Source: Hydrogenophilales bacterium (GTDB taxonomy: Bacteria; Pseudomonadota; Gammaproteobacteria; Burkholderiales; Thiobacillaceae). From it: a stretch of 64,000 bases of DNA. The translations under genes and the position numbers were made by a program. The first letter of the stretch is position 1, and each line of letters begins with the position of its first letter. The stretch covers positions 26,058 through 90,057 of the forward strand of contig JAHFRD010000007.1 in assembly GCA_023258975.1 (NCBI GenBank). Direction: 5' to 3'. Below, piece after piece: positions 29,202-37,561 of the stretch. The notes below the pieces were generated by a model that was not told the origin of the DNA, made no database searches, and worked only from the letters and a program-made list of their open reading frames with translations.

Positions 29202-29927
29202 ATGGTTCACAAACCTCCACGCATGAGCGAAGTGCTCAACAAGATTCAGGATGAGATGGCGCGGCAAATCAGGAAGAGTGGCGCCCCTGAAGAGGTGCAT
29301 GCCTTCCTCATGCGGGACTGGTCGCGCCTGCAGGCCGGTATTTTCCAGGCCAAGGGCAATCAGCACGGCGACTGGAAGGCCGGCTGGGAAACCGCCAATG
29401 CCCTGCTCTGGAGTCTGGCGCCGAAACGGGGGCTGGAGGAAACCGGCGCGCTGTTGCGCATGCTGCCCACCTTGCTGTCCCGCCTGCATGCCGGCTGCGC
29501 CGCGTTGGGGATGCCATTGGGCGAGCGCGATGCCCTGTTTGAACGTCTGGCGATGATGCACGCCGCTCTGGCAAGAGAGGGGCTGCAAGCCCGGCCGGAG
29601 GAAGAAGGGCCGATTACCCGATTGCGAGAGGAGGACGTGACGGGTTCCGACGACTCCGACCTGCGCGATCTGACCGCCCCCGATCTGCCGGCCACCGATT
29701 CGCCGACCGCCGATCCGCGCATCGTCCCGCCGCCGCTGAAACTGGGTGATCGGGTAGTGTTCAGGGGGGAGGGGGGCGAGCGCCTGCTAACTCTCACCTG
29801 GGTCAGCCCGATGGGCGGCATGTATCTGTTCGCCAATGAACAGGGCCTGGATGCGATGACCCTCACTCACGCCCGGCTGGAAGCGAAGTTTCAGGCCGGG
29901 GATGCCAGCCTCCCCCCAATGCCCTGA
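29202..29927 (+). CDS. Short protein resembling only the C-terminal third of DUF1631 proteins
   Basis: gaggg sits 5 nt before ATG 29202. The segments ...WETANALLWSLAPK...LLPTLLSRL...ERDALFERLAMMH... and the C-terminal LKLGDRVVFRG..LLTLTWVSPMGGMYLFANEQG match my recollection of DUF1631 C-termini, but full-length members are ~700+ aa. The last 65 nt overlap the convergent outer-membrane gene. Confidence 0.45.
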   Translation: MVHKPPRMSEVLNKIQDEMARQIRKSGAPEEVHAFLMRDWSRLQAGIFQAKGNQHGDWKAGWETANALLWSLAPKRGLEETGALLRMLPTLLSRLHAGCAALGMPLGERDALFERLAMMHAALAREGLQARPEEEGPITRLREEDVTGSDDSDLRDLTAPDLPATDSPTADPRIVPPPLKLGDRVVFRGEGGERLLTLTWVSPMGGMYLFANEQGLDAMTLTHARLEAKFQAGDASLPPMP

Positions 29928-31311
29928 ACAATCCCGCCGTTGCCGCCAGTTGCACGCGGCGGGCTTCGATGCGGTTCTGTTCCGCCTGATACAGGTTGCG
30001 CTGGGCGTCGAGTACTTCCAGGTAGCTGGAAACGCCATTCTGGTAGCGCAGCCCGGCGAGTTCGGCGGCGCGCGACAGCGCCTCGGCGCGGCGGCTTTCG
30101 GCGGCCTCCGACTCGCGCGCCTGGCGGTTGGCGACCAGCGCGTCGAGCACTTCCTTGAAGGCGACGCGCAGGGCTTGCTCGTAGGCCAGCAGCGCCTGTT
30201 CCTGGCGCGCCGCTTCGCCTTTCAGGGCGGCCTCGGTGCGGCCGGCGTTGTAAACGGTCTGTACCAGGCTGGCGCCGATGCCCCAGAGGGTGGCGGGGCC
30301 GCTGAACAGGTTGGAGAGGGCTTTGCTTTCCGAGCCCAGGTTGGCGGTGAGCGAGAGGCTGGGGTAGATCGCGGCCCGCGTTTCCAGCACGCGCGCCTCG
30401 GCGCCGACGAGTCTTTGTTCCGCCTGGCGAATATCAGGGCGACGCGCGAGCAGGTCGGCGGGAAGGCCCGCCGGGATGGTGGGGGGTAGGGTCAGTTCCC
30501 GCAGCGGTTTGCCACGCGCCAGCGGGTTTTCCGTCAGCGCGCGCGGCGAGCGGCCAAGCAGCAGGGCCAGCGCGGTTTCCTGCTGGCGCAACTGGCGCTG
30601 GAGTTCGGCCTGAGCCGCTTCCACCGTGGCCAGTTCCGCTTCCGCCTGGCGCAGGGGAAGTTCCGAGGCGATCCCTGCGTCGAAACGCAGTTTGTACAAG
30701 TCGACCGCCTCGCGCCGGTTGTTCAGGGTGTCCCGAGTGAGCAGCAGCGCGGCATCCAGGGTGGTGATCTGGAAATACGCCTGGGCGACGGCGCCGGCCA
30801 GTCCGGCGCGAACCACTTCGCGGGCGTATTCCGAGGCCAGCAGGTCGGCGCGGGCGGCGGCGCTCGCCTGCCGGTAACGGCCCCAGAGATCGACTTCGTA
30901 GGCGGCTTGAAGATTGACCTGGAACTTGTTGTTGATCGGAGAGGGGATGGGGAAACTGCCCTTCTCCGTCGCGCGGGTGCGGCCGGCATTGCCGCCGATA
31001 TGTGCCTCGGGGTGGCGATCGGCTTCCCTCAGGCCCAGGGTGGAGCGGGCTTCCTCGATGCGCGCGGCGGCGAGAAGGAGGTCGCTGTTGCGGGCGAGGG
31101 CCTCGTCGATCAGGAGGGTGAGGGCGGGGTCGTTGAATTGGGTCCACCACGCTTGCAGGCGTTGCTCCCTCACCCCCGCCCCCTCTCCCAGGGGGAGAGG
31201 GGAGGTTGGCGGCCACACCGCCGGTAGATCGGGGCTGGTTTTTCTCAGTGTGGGCAGGCTGACGCAGCCGGACAGGCTCAAGGCGAGGAGGGCGATCAGG
31301 AGCTTATTCAT
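29863..31311 (-). CDS. RND efflux outer-membrane lipoprotein, NodT/OprM family
   Basis: MNKLLIALLALSLSGC contains a lipobox, and the protein has two OEP repeats. The ORF could start at 31323 (METTMNK). The start overlaps the pump gene stop (ATGAATAA). Confidence 0.9.
   Translation of the reverse strand: MNKLLIALLALSLSGCVSLPTLRKTSPDLPAVWPPTSPLPLGEGAGVREQRLQAWWTQFNDPALTLLIDEALARNSDLLLAAARIEEARSTLGLREADRHPEAHIGGNAGRTRATEKGSFPIPSPINNKFQVNLQAAYEVDLWGRYRQASAAARADLLASEYAREVVRAGLAGAVAQAYFQITTLDAALLLTRDTLNNRREAVDLYKLRFDAGIASELPLRQAEAELATVEAAQAELQRQLRQQETALALLLGRSPRALTENPLARGKPLRELTLPPTIPAGLPADLLARRPDIRQAEQRLVGAEARVLETRAAIYPSLSLTANLGSESKALSNLFSGPATLWGIGASLVQTVYNAGRTEAALKGEAARQEQALLAYEQALRVAFKEVLDALVANRQARESEAAESRRAEALSRAAELAGLRYQNGVSSYLEVLDAQRNLYQAEQNRIEARRVQLAATAGLFRALGGGWHPRPETSLPAGRE
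31158..31205. repeat. Second copy of the GC-rich palindromic module, inside the outer-membrane lipoprotein CDS
   Basis: ggcgttgctccctcacccccgccccctctcccagggggagaggggagg contains a hairpin, ccccctctccc/gggagaggg(g). It shares the exact 14-mer ggcgttgctccctc and the following palindrome with 9739-9786. It is translated as TSPLPLGEGAGVREQR. Confidence 0.65.
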
Positions 31312-34300
31312 GGTCGTCTCCATGCCGGGCGGCGCCGTGGTAGTGGATCGGGCCGGGAAAGAGCTTGCGCACCAACAGGTAGAGCACCGGCACGACGAAG
31401 ACCGCCAGCACCGTGGCGGCGATCATGCCGCCCATGACGCCGGTGCCGATGGCGTGGCGGCTGGCGGCGCCGGCGCCGCTGGAAATCGCCAGCGGCAGCA
31501 CGCCGAAGATGAAGGCGATGGAAGTCATGATGATGGGGCGAAAGCGCAGGCGGCAGGCCTGCATGACGGCGTCCAGCGAGCTTTTGCCCTGGGCCTCCAT
31601 CTGGCGCGCGAATTCCACGATCAGGATCGCGTTCTTGGCCGACAGGCCGATGATGGCGATCAGGCCGACCTTGAAATAGACATCGTTGGGCAGGTCGCGC
31701 AGGGTCACCGCCAGCACCGCACCGAACACGCCCAGCGGCACCACCAGCAGCACCGCCAGCGGCACGGTCCAGGATTCATACAACGCGGCCAGACACATGA
31801 ACACGACGATCAGCGACAGCGCGAACAGCACCGGCGCCTGCGCGCCCGAGAGGCGTTCCTCGAACGAGGTGCCGGACCACTCGAAGCCGATGCCCGGCGG
31901 CAGCTTGCCGGCGATTTCCTGCATCGCCTGCATCGCCTCGCCGGTGCTGCGGCCGGGTGCCGGGCCACCGGCGATCTTCATGGCCGGTACGCCGTTGTAG
32001 CGGTCGAGTTTGGGCGAACCCACCACCCAGCGCGGCGTGGCGATCTCGGAGAGCGGCACCATGCCGCCTTTCCGCGTCCGCATGCGCAGTGAAAGCAGAC
32101 CTTCCGGGGTGGCGCGCGCGTGGGCGTCCAGTTGCATCACCACGCGCAGGACGCGGCCGTCGCGGATGAAGTCGTTGACATAGGCGGAGCCCAGCGCCAC
32201 GGCCAGGGTCTGGTTGAGTTCCGCCAGGTCGATGCCGAGGCTGCCGGCCTTGAGGCGGTCGATGTCGAGCAGCAACTGGATGGCCGGTTCCTTGCCTTCC
32301 GGGCGTACACCGGCCAGGCGGGCATCCTGGGAGGCCATGCCCAACACCAGATTGCGCGCTTCCAGCAATTTCTCGCGGCCGAGGCCGGCGCGATCCTGCA
32401 AGCGGAAGTCGAAACCGCCCACCGCCGCCAGTTCCGGAATCGGCGGCGGGTTGAGGGCGAACAGCATGGCCTGCTTGATGCCGAACAGCGCCATGTTGGC
32501 GCGCTGCACCACTTGCAGGGCGTGGTCGCCGGGCTTGGTGCGTTCGTCCCAATCCTTCAGGCGCACGAAGGCGATGGCCGCGTCCTGGCCCTTGCCGAAG
32601 AAGGAGAAGCCGGCCACGCCGACCACCTTGGCCACTTCCGGTTGTTTGAGGAAGTGTTGCTCCAGTTGCGAGAGCACGGCCACGGTGCGTTCCTGGGTGG
32701 CGCCGGCCGGGAGCTGCACGATGGAAATCAGATAGCCCTGGTCTTCATCGGGCAGAAAACCGGTGGGCAGGCGCAGCAACAGGAAGGCGGTGAGGCCGGT
32801 CAGGCCGAGGAACAGCAGCATCACGCGCAGCGGCCGTTTCACCGCGCTGGTCACGCCCGCCAGATAGCCGCAGGTGGTGCGGTCGAAGAAACGGGTGAAC
32901 AGGCCGAAGAAACCGCTGTGATGCTCCATCTGTTCCCGGGTCAGGCCCTTGAACAGGGTCGCGCACAGGGCCGGCGTCAGGCTGATCGCCAGGAAGGCGG
33001 AGAACATCATGGTCATCACCAGGGTTACCGCGAACTGGCGGTAGATGGCGCCCACCGAACCGGAGAAGAAGGCCATCGGAATGAACACCGCCGACAGCAC
33101 CACCGTGATGCCGACGATGGCGCCGAAGATCTGGCCCATCGCCTTGGAGGTCGCCTCGCGCGCCGGCAGGCCTTCCTGGGTCATGATGCGCTCGACGTTC
33201 TCCACCACGACGATGGCGTCGTCCACCACGATGCCGATGGCCAGCACCATCGCGAACAGCGACAGCACGTTGATCGAGTAGCCCAGCAGATACAGGCCGA
33301 CCAGGGTGCCGACCAGCGACACCGGCACCACCAGGGTCGGGATGATGGCGGCGCGCAGATTCTGCAGGAACAGCCACATCACCAGGAACACCAGGAAAAA
33401 GGCTTCGGCCAGGGTGTAGGCCACCTCACGTATGGAGATTTCCACGAAGCGCGAGGTGTCGTAGGGCACGTCCCAACTCACCCCCTGGGGGAAGAACTTC
33501 GCCAGTTCCGCCATGCGCGCCTTGACCGCCTTGGCGGTTTCCAGGGCGTTGCCGCCGGGTGCCAGCTTGACGCCGACCGCCGCCGTGGGTTTGCCGTTCA
33601 AACGCGCCTGCACGGTGTAATCCTGGGCGCCCAGTTCGATGCGGGCGACGTCCTTCAAGCGCACGGCGGCGCCGTTGGCGGCGGTACGCAACAGAATCTC
33701 GCCGAACTCGGCCGGGTTTTTCAGGCGCCCCTGGGTGACCACCGTGGCGGCCAGTTGCTGGCCGGGCAGGGCGGGCAGTTGTCCGAGTTCGCCGGTCGCC
33801 AGCTGCACGTTTTGCGCCTGTACCGCGCCCAGCGCCTCGCCCGGCGTCATGTTGAAACTGGCCAGTTTCAGCGGGTCCAGCCACAGGCGCATGGCGTATT
33901 CCGTGCCGAACAGGTTGGCCTCGCCCACGCCCGGCACGCGGCGCAGGTTTTCCAACACGTTGGCGGCGGTGAAACTGCCCAGGTCGATGGCGTTGCGCGA
34001 CTGATCCGGCGAGAACACGGTCACGAACATCATGTAGTTGCGCCGCGCCTTTGCCACCGTGATGCCTTGCCGCCGTACCTCGTCGGGCAGGCGCGCTTCC
34101 ACCCGCTTGATGCGGTTCTGCGCCTCCACCGAGGCGATGTCGAGGTTGACCCCGGTGGCGAAGGTGAGGGTCAGGGTGAGTACGCCGTTGGAATCCGAGT
34201 TGGACTCCATGTAGAGCAGGTTGTCCAGCCCGTTCATCTCCTGCTCGATCAGGCTGGTGACGGCGTCCTCCACCACCTGCGCGCTGGCGCCGGGGTAGAC

Positions 34301-34444
34301 GGCGGTGATGGAGAGCGCCGGCGGGGCGACTTCCGGATATTGCGAAACCGGCAGCTTCGGGAACACCAGAAAACCCGCCAGCAGGATGGACAGCGCCACG
34401 ACCCAGGCGAAGATGGGACGGTCGATGAAGAAACGGGGGAGCAT
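31304..34444 (-). CDS. RND multidrug efflux pump, AcrB/MexB family
   Basis: 1046 aa, starting MLPRFFIDRPIFAWVVALSILLAG, with 12-TM HAE1 architecture. Confidence 0.95.
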   Translation of the reverse strand: MLPRFFIDRPIFAWVVALSILLAGFLVFPKLPVSQYPEVAPPALSITAVYPGASAQVVEDAVTSLIEQEMNGLDNLLYMESNSDSNGVLTLTLTFATGVNLDIASVEAQNRIKRVEARLPDEVRRQGITVAKARRNYMMFVTVFSPDQSRNAIDLGSFTAANVLENLRRVPGVGEANLFGTEYAMRLWLDPLKLASFNMTPGEALGAVQAQNVQLATGELGQLPALPGQQLAATVVTQGRLKNPAEFGEILLRTAANGAAVRLKDVARIELGAQDYTVQARLNGKPTAAVGVKLAPGGNALETAKAVKARMAELAKFFPQGVSWDVPYDTSRFVEISIREVAYTLAEAFFLVFLVMWLFLQNLRAAIIPTLVVPVSLVGTLVGLYLLGYSINVLSLFAMVLAIGIVVDDAIVVVENVERIMTQEGLPAREATSKAMGQIFGAIVGITVVLSAVFIPMAFFSGSVGAIYRQFAVTLVMTMMFSAFLAISLTPALCATLFKGLTREQMEHHSGFFGLFTRFFDRTTCGYLAGVTSAVKRPLRVMLLFLGLTGLTAFLLLRLPTGFLPDEDQGYLISIVQLPAGATQERTVAVLSQLEQHFLKQPEVAKVVGVAGFSFFGKGQDAAIAFVRLKDWDERTKPGDHALQVVQRANMALFGIKQAMLFALNPPPIPELAAVGGFDFRLQDRAGLGREKLLEARNLVLGMASQDARLAGVRPEGKEPAIQLLLDIDRLKAGSLGIDLAELNQTLAVALGSAYVNDFIRDGRVLRVVMQLDAHARATPEGLLSLRMRTRKGGMVPLSEIATPRWVVGSPKLDRYNGVPAMKIAGGPAPGRSTGEAMQAMQEIAGKLPPGIGFEWSGTSFEERLSGAQAPVLFALSLIVVFMCLAALYESWTVPLAVLLVVPLGVFGAVLAVTLRDLPNDVYFKVGLIAIIGLSAKNAILIVEFARQMEAQGKSSLDAVMQACRLRFRPIIMTSIAFIFGVLPLAISSGAGAASRHAIGTGVMGGMIAATVLAVFVVPVLYLLVRKLFPGPIHYHGAARHGDDHE

Positions 34445-34449
34445 GGGGA

Positions 34450-34477
34450 TTAGGCGTGAGGCGTTAGGGGTGAGGCG
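34450..34477. repeat. Tandem 14-mer (ttaggcgtgaggcg / ttaggggtgaggcg) immediately upstream of the pump start codon
   Basis: Seen directly, with 13 of 14 positions identical. Confidence 0.7.
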
Positions 34478-34484
34478 TCGAATT

Positions 34485-34760
34485 GGCCGTCATTCCCGCG
34501 CAAGCGGGAATCCAGGCTTTGGGCCTGATGGCGCTTATCCGGGATTGTCCATTGATACCGCCACCTTCCCGGCAAACGCTGTAGCGCCGGCGTCTCGCCG
34601 GCTCGTTCGTCTGACTGGAAGAACTGGCCGGCGAGCCCTGAAGGATACCGTCCCTGCGGGACATAACGCCGGCGCTACACGGGCGCGCGTCAGGCTTCGT
34701 CGCTAATGGGCAAGCCGGGCTTGGTTGAACTGGATTCCCGCCTGCTCGGGAATGACGGCC
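34485..34760. mobile_element. 276-bp MITE-like element with 31-bp terminal inverted repeats, between the adaptor and pump genes
   Basis: The left terminal repeat is ggccgtcattcccgcgcaagcgggaatccag (34485-34515) and the right one is ctggattcccgcctgctcgggaatgacggcc (34730-34760). The three mismatches fall in or next to the internal hairpin loop. Each repeat contains an attcccgc-N4-gcgggaat type hairpin. The interior carries inverted gtagcgccggcg motifs (34581-34592 and 34667-34678). No credible ORF is present. Confidence 0.7.
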
Positions 34761-34765
34761 GGGCA

Positions 34766-35911
34766 TCATGGCTTGGCGGGAACGGCCTTGACCGGGCTGC
34801 CCGGCCGGGCTTTCTGGATGCCGTTGACGATGACCTGTTCACCGCCTTTCAGTCCCTCACTGATGATCCAGTCGCCGCCTGACAGGCCACCGGTTTTCAC
34901 CGGTTGCGGCAGCACCTTGCCGTCCGCGCCGACCAACATCACTGCCTGGCCTTGTGGACTGACCTGGACCGCGCGTTGCGGCACGACGATGGCGTTGTCC
35001 ACCTTGGCCACCGGCAGGCGCACGGTGACGAACTGGCCGGGCAACAGGGTACGGTCATGATTGGGAAACTCGGCGCGCAAACCCACCGATCCGGTGGCCG
35101 GATCCACCGCCAGATCGTTGAACAACAGCTTGCCGGGATGCGGGTATTCACGGCCGTTTTCCAGCACCAGTTTCACCGGCGCCTTGCTCGCCACGGAGTG
35201 GCCCTGGCGTTGCGCCTCGCGCAGATTGAGAAACTCGGCGCTGGATTGCGAGAAATTCACCCAGATCGGGTCGTACTGCTCGATGTTGGCCAACGGCGTC
35301 GCCTCGCCCTTGCCCACCAGCGCGCCCTCGCTCACCAGGGCGCGGCCAATGCGCCCGGAAATGGGCGCGGTGACATTGGCATAGGAAAGGTCGATCTCGG
35401 CGCGCGCCACCACCGCCTGCGCCGCCGCCACCTCGGCGTCCGCCTGCGCCCTGGCCGCCACGGCCTGATCCAGATCCTGCCTGCTGATCGCCTTGCTGCC
35501 CGCCAGCGCCTGCATGCGCTCCTGGTTCTGCCCCGCGATCAAAGCTTGCGCTTGTGCTTTGGCGAGATTGGCGCGGGCGCTGGCCAGATTGGCCGCGAGC
35601 GCGCGGCCGTCGATACGGAACAACAGCGCGCCGGCCTTGACCTCGCTTCCCTCGACATAAGCGCGACCCTCCAGAATGCCTTCCACCCGCGCCCGCACTT
35701 CCGCCGCGCGCACCGCCTGCAACCGCCCCGGCGCCTCGACGGTCAGAGGCACGCCACGCGGCGCCACGGTGACGACTTCCACCTCGGGCGGCGGCATGCC
35801 GGCCATGCCACCCGGAGGTGGGGCGGATTGCGGTTTGCAGGCGGTAAGCGAGGCGAGCAGCAGGACTGCTGGCAGCCAGGCGCGCGGGGGAAGCGAGGGC
35901 AGGGGTTTCAT
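34766..35911 (-). CDS. RND efflux periplasmic adaptor (AcrA/MexA family) lipoprotein
   Basis: MKPLPSLPPRAWLPAVLLLASLTAC contains a lipobox, followed by HlyD-like barrel-sandwich and hairpin regions. Confidence 0.9.
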   Translation of the reverse strand: MKPLPSLPPRAWLPAVLLLASLTACKPQSAPPPGGMAGMPPPEVEVVTVAPRGVPLTVEAPGRLQAVRAAEVRARVEGILEGRAYVEGSEVKAGALLFRIDGRALAANLASARANLAKAQAQALIAGQNQERMQALAGSKAISRQDLDQAVAARAQADAEVAAAQAVVARAEIDLSYANVTAPISGRIGRALVSEGALVGKGEATPLANIEQYDPIWVNFSQSSAEFLNLREAQRQGHSVASKAPVKLVLENGREYPHPGKLLFNDLAVDPATGSVGLRAEFPNHDRTLLPGQFVTVRLPVAKVDNAIVVPQRAVQVSPQGQAVMLVGADGKVLPQPVKTGGLSGGDWIISEGLKGGEQVIVNGIQKARPGSPVKAVPAKP

Positions 35912-36068
35912 CGGATTCTGGATGATCTCGGGCTTGGGTCATGTCGCGGCGACGGCCGTTGCCCGGCGTTCCACTTCAAATCGGGAAGGGATCGTCGGGA
36001 GCCTGGCCTACAGCGAATGTCTCGGGGCGGGCGAACAGGGGAACAGGCGCGCAGAGTAAACCAATGGC

Positions 36069-36074
36069 TATAAT
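36069..36074 (+). promoter_or_regulatory. TATAAT -10 hexamer 34 nt upstream of hisD
   Basis: The sequence is aatggcTATAATtccgc. There is no convincing -35. Confidence 0.3.
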
Positions 36075-36107
36075 TCCGCACCGCATCAATTTACCCCCAG
36101 GCCCGCC

Positions 36108-37415
36108 ATGACCGACCTCGCCATCGCCCGTCTCGACGCCGCTTCCCCTGATTTTCGCGCCCGCCTCGCGGAGCTTCTGGCGTTCAACGACGCAACCGAC
36201 AACGCGGTCGGCAACGCCGTCTCGGAAATCCTCGCCGCCGTGAAAACGCGAGGCGACGCGGCCGTCATCGAATACACCCATCGCTTCGACCGCCTCGACG
36301 TGGCGGATATGGCCACGCTGGAAATCTCTCAGGAAGAATTGCACGCGGCGCTGGGCAAGCTGCCTCTGCGCCTGGAGCAGTCCTTGCGCAAGGCGGCCGA
36401 ACGGGTGCGCGTCTATCACGAGAAACAGCGCCAGGAATCCTGGACCTATACCGAAGCCGACGGCACGGTGCTGGGGCAGCAGGTCACCGCGCTGGATCGC
36501 GTCGGCCTCTACGTGCCGGGCGGCAAGGCGGCCTATCCGTCATCCGTGCTGATGAACGCCATTCCCGCCAAGGTCGCGGGCGTCAAGGAACTCATCATGG
36601 TGGTGCCCACCCCGGACGGCGTGAAGAACGACCTGGTGCTGGCCGCCGCCGCCGTGGCCGGCGTCGATCGCGTGTTTTGCATCGGCGGCGCCCAGGCCGT
36701 GGCGGCGCTGGCTTACGGCACCGAAACCATTCCCCAGGTGGACAAGATCGTCGGCCCCGGCAACGCCTATGTGGCCGAAGCCAAGCGCCGCGTGTTCGGC
36801 ATCGTCGGCATCGACATGATCGCCGGCCCCTCGGAAATCCTGGTGATCTGCGACGGCAAGACCGATCCCGACTGGATCGCGATGGATCTGTTCTCGCAGG
36901 CGGAACACGACGAACTCGCGCAATCCATCCTGATCTGCCCGGATGCACCCTATCTCGACGCGGTTCAGGCCAGCGTCAACAAACTGCTGCCGACCATGCC
37001 GCGCCAGGACGTGATTTCCGCTTCCATCGGCAACCGCGCCGGCCTCATCCTCTGCCGCGACCTCGATGAGGCGGCGGACATCGCCAACTTCATCGCCCCG
37101 GAACACCTGGAACTGTCGGTGGAAGACCCCGAAGCCATGCTGCCGAAGATTCGCCACGCCGGCGCCATCTTCATGGGCCGCAACACCTGCGAAGCCCTGG
37201 GCGACTACTGCGCCGGCCCCAACCACGTCCTGCCCACCTCGCGCACCGCGCGCTTCTCCTCGCCGCTCGGCGTTTATGACTTCCAGAAACGCTCCAGCCT
37301 CATCCACGTCTCCGCCCAGGGCGCCAAAACCCTGGGCGAGATCGCCATCGCCCTGGCCTACGGCGAAGGCTTGCAGGCGCACGGCCGTTCGGCTGAATAC
37401 CGCATGGGACATTGA
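36108..37415 (+). CDS. hisD: Histidinol dehydrogenase
   Basis: 435 aa. Motifs seen: [33 protein letters not shown]. Confidence 0.95.
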   Translation: MTDLAIARLDAASPDFRARLAELLAFNDATDNAVGNAVSEILAAVKTRGDAAVIEYTHRFDRLDVADMATLEISQEELHAALGKLPLRLEQSLRKAAERVRVYHEKQRQESWTYTEADGTVLGQQVTALDRVGLYVPGGKAAYPSSVLMNAIPAKVAGVKELIMVVPTPDGVKNDLVLAAAAVAGVDRVFCIGGAQAVAALAYGTETIPQVDKIVGPGNAYVAEAKRRVFGIVGIDMIAGPSEILVICDGKTDPDWIAMDLFSQAEHDELAQSILICPDAPYLDAVQASVNKLLPTMPRQDVISASIGNRAGLILCRDLDEAADIANFIAPEHLELSVEDPEAMLPKIRHAGAIFMGRNTCEALGDYCAGPNHVLPTSRTARFSSPLGVYDFQKRSSLIHVSAQGAKTLGEIAIALAYGEGLQAHGRSAEYRMGH

Positions 37416-37416
37416 G

Positions 37417-37444
37417 GTGGCGCCGGCGGGGATGCCGGCGCCAC
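37417..37444. repeat. Perfect 11-bp-stem GC hairpin immediately after hisD
   Basis: The sequence is gtggcgccggc-ggggat-gccggcgccac. No T-run follows, so it looks REP-like rather than a canonical terminator. Confidence 0.6.
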
Positions 37445-37561
37445 AGGGTTGATCGGCGGCATGATTCGGCCATGCGCTTCCTGCCAGGGCATGCCCGGTT
37501 CTGGTCGAGAACGGAGCGTGCGCGCCGCTGAGTTACCCGCAGGTTTGCTCTGTAATCCAGA

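Noticed and set aside
31776-36073. Long plus-strand ORFs 32120..34453 (777 aa), 34904..36073 (389 aa) and 30914..32092 (392 aa), and minus-strand alternate-frame ORFs over the efflux operon
   Set aside because: They are shadows of the AcrB/AcrA/OprM-like genes and carry no motifs.
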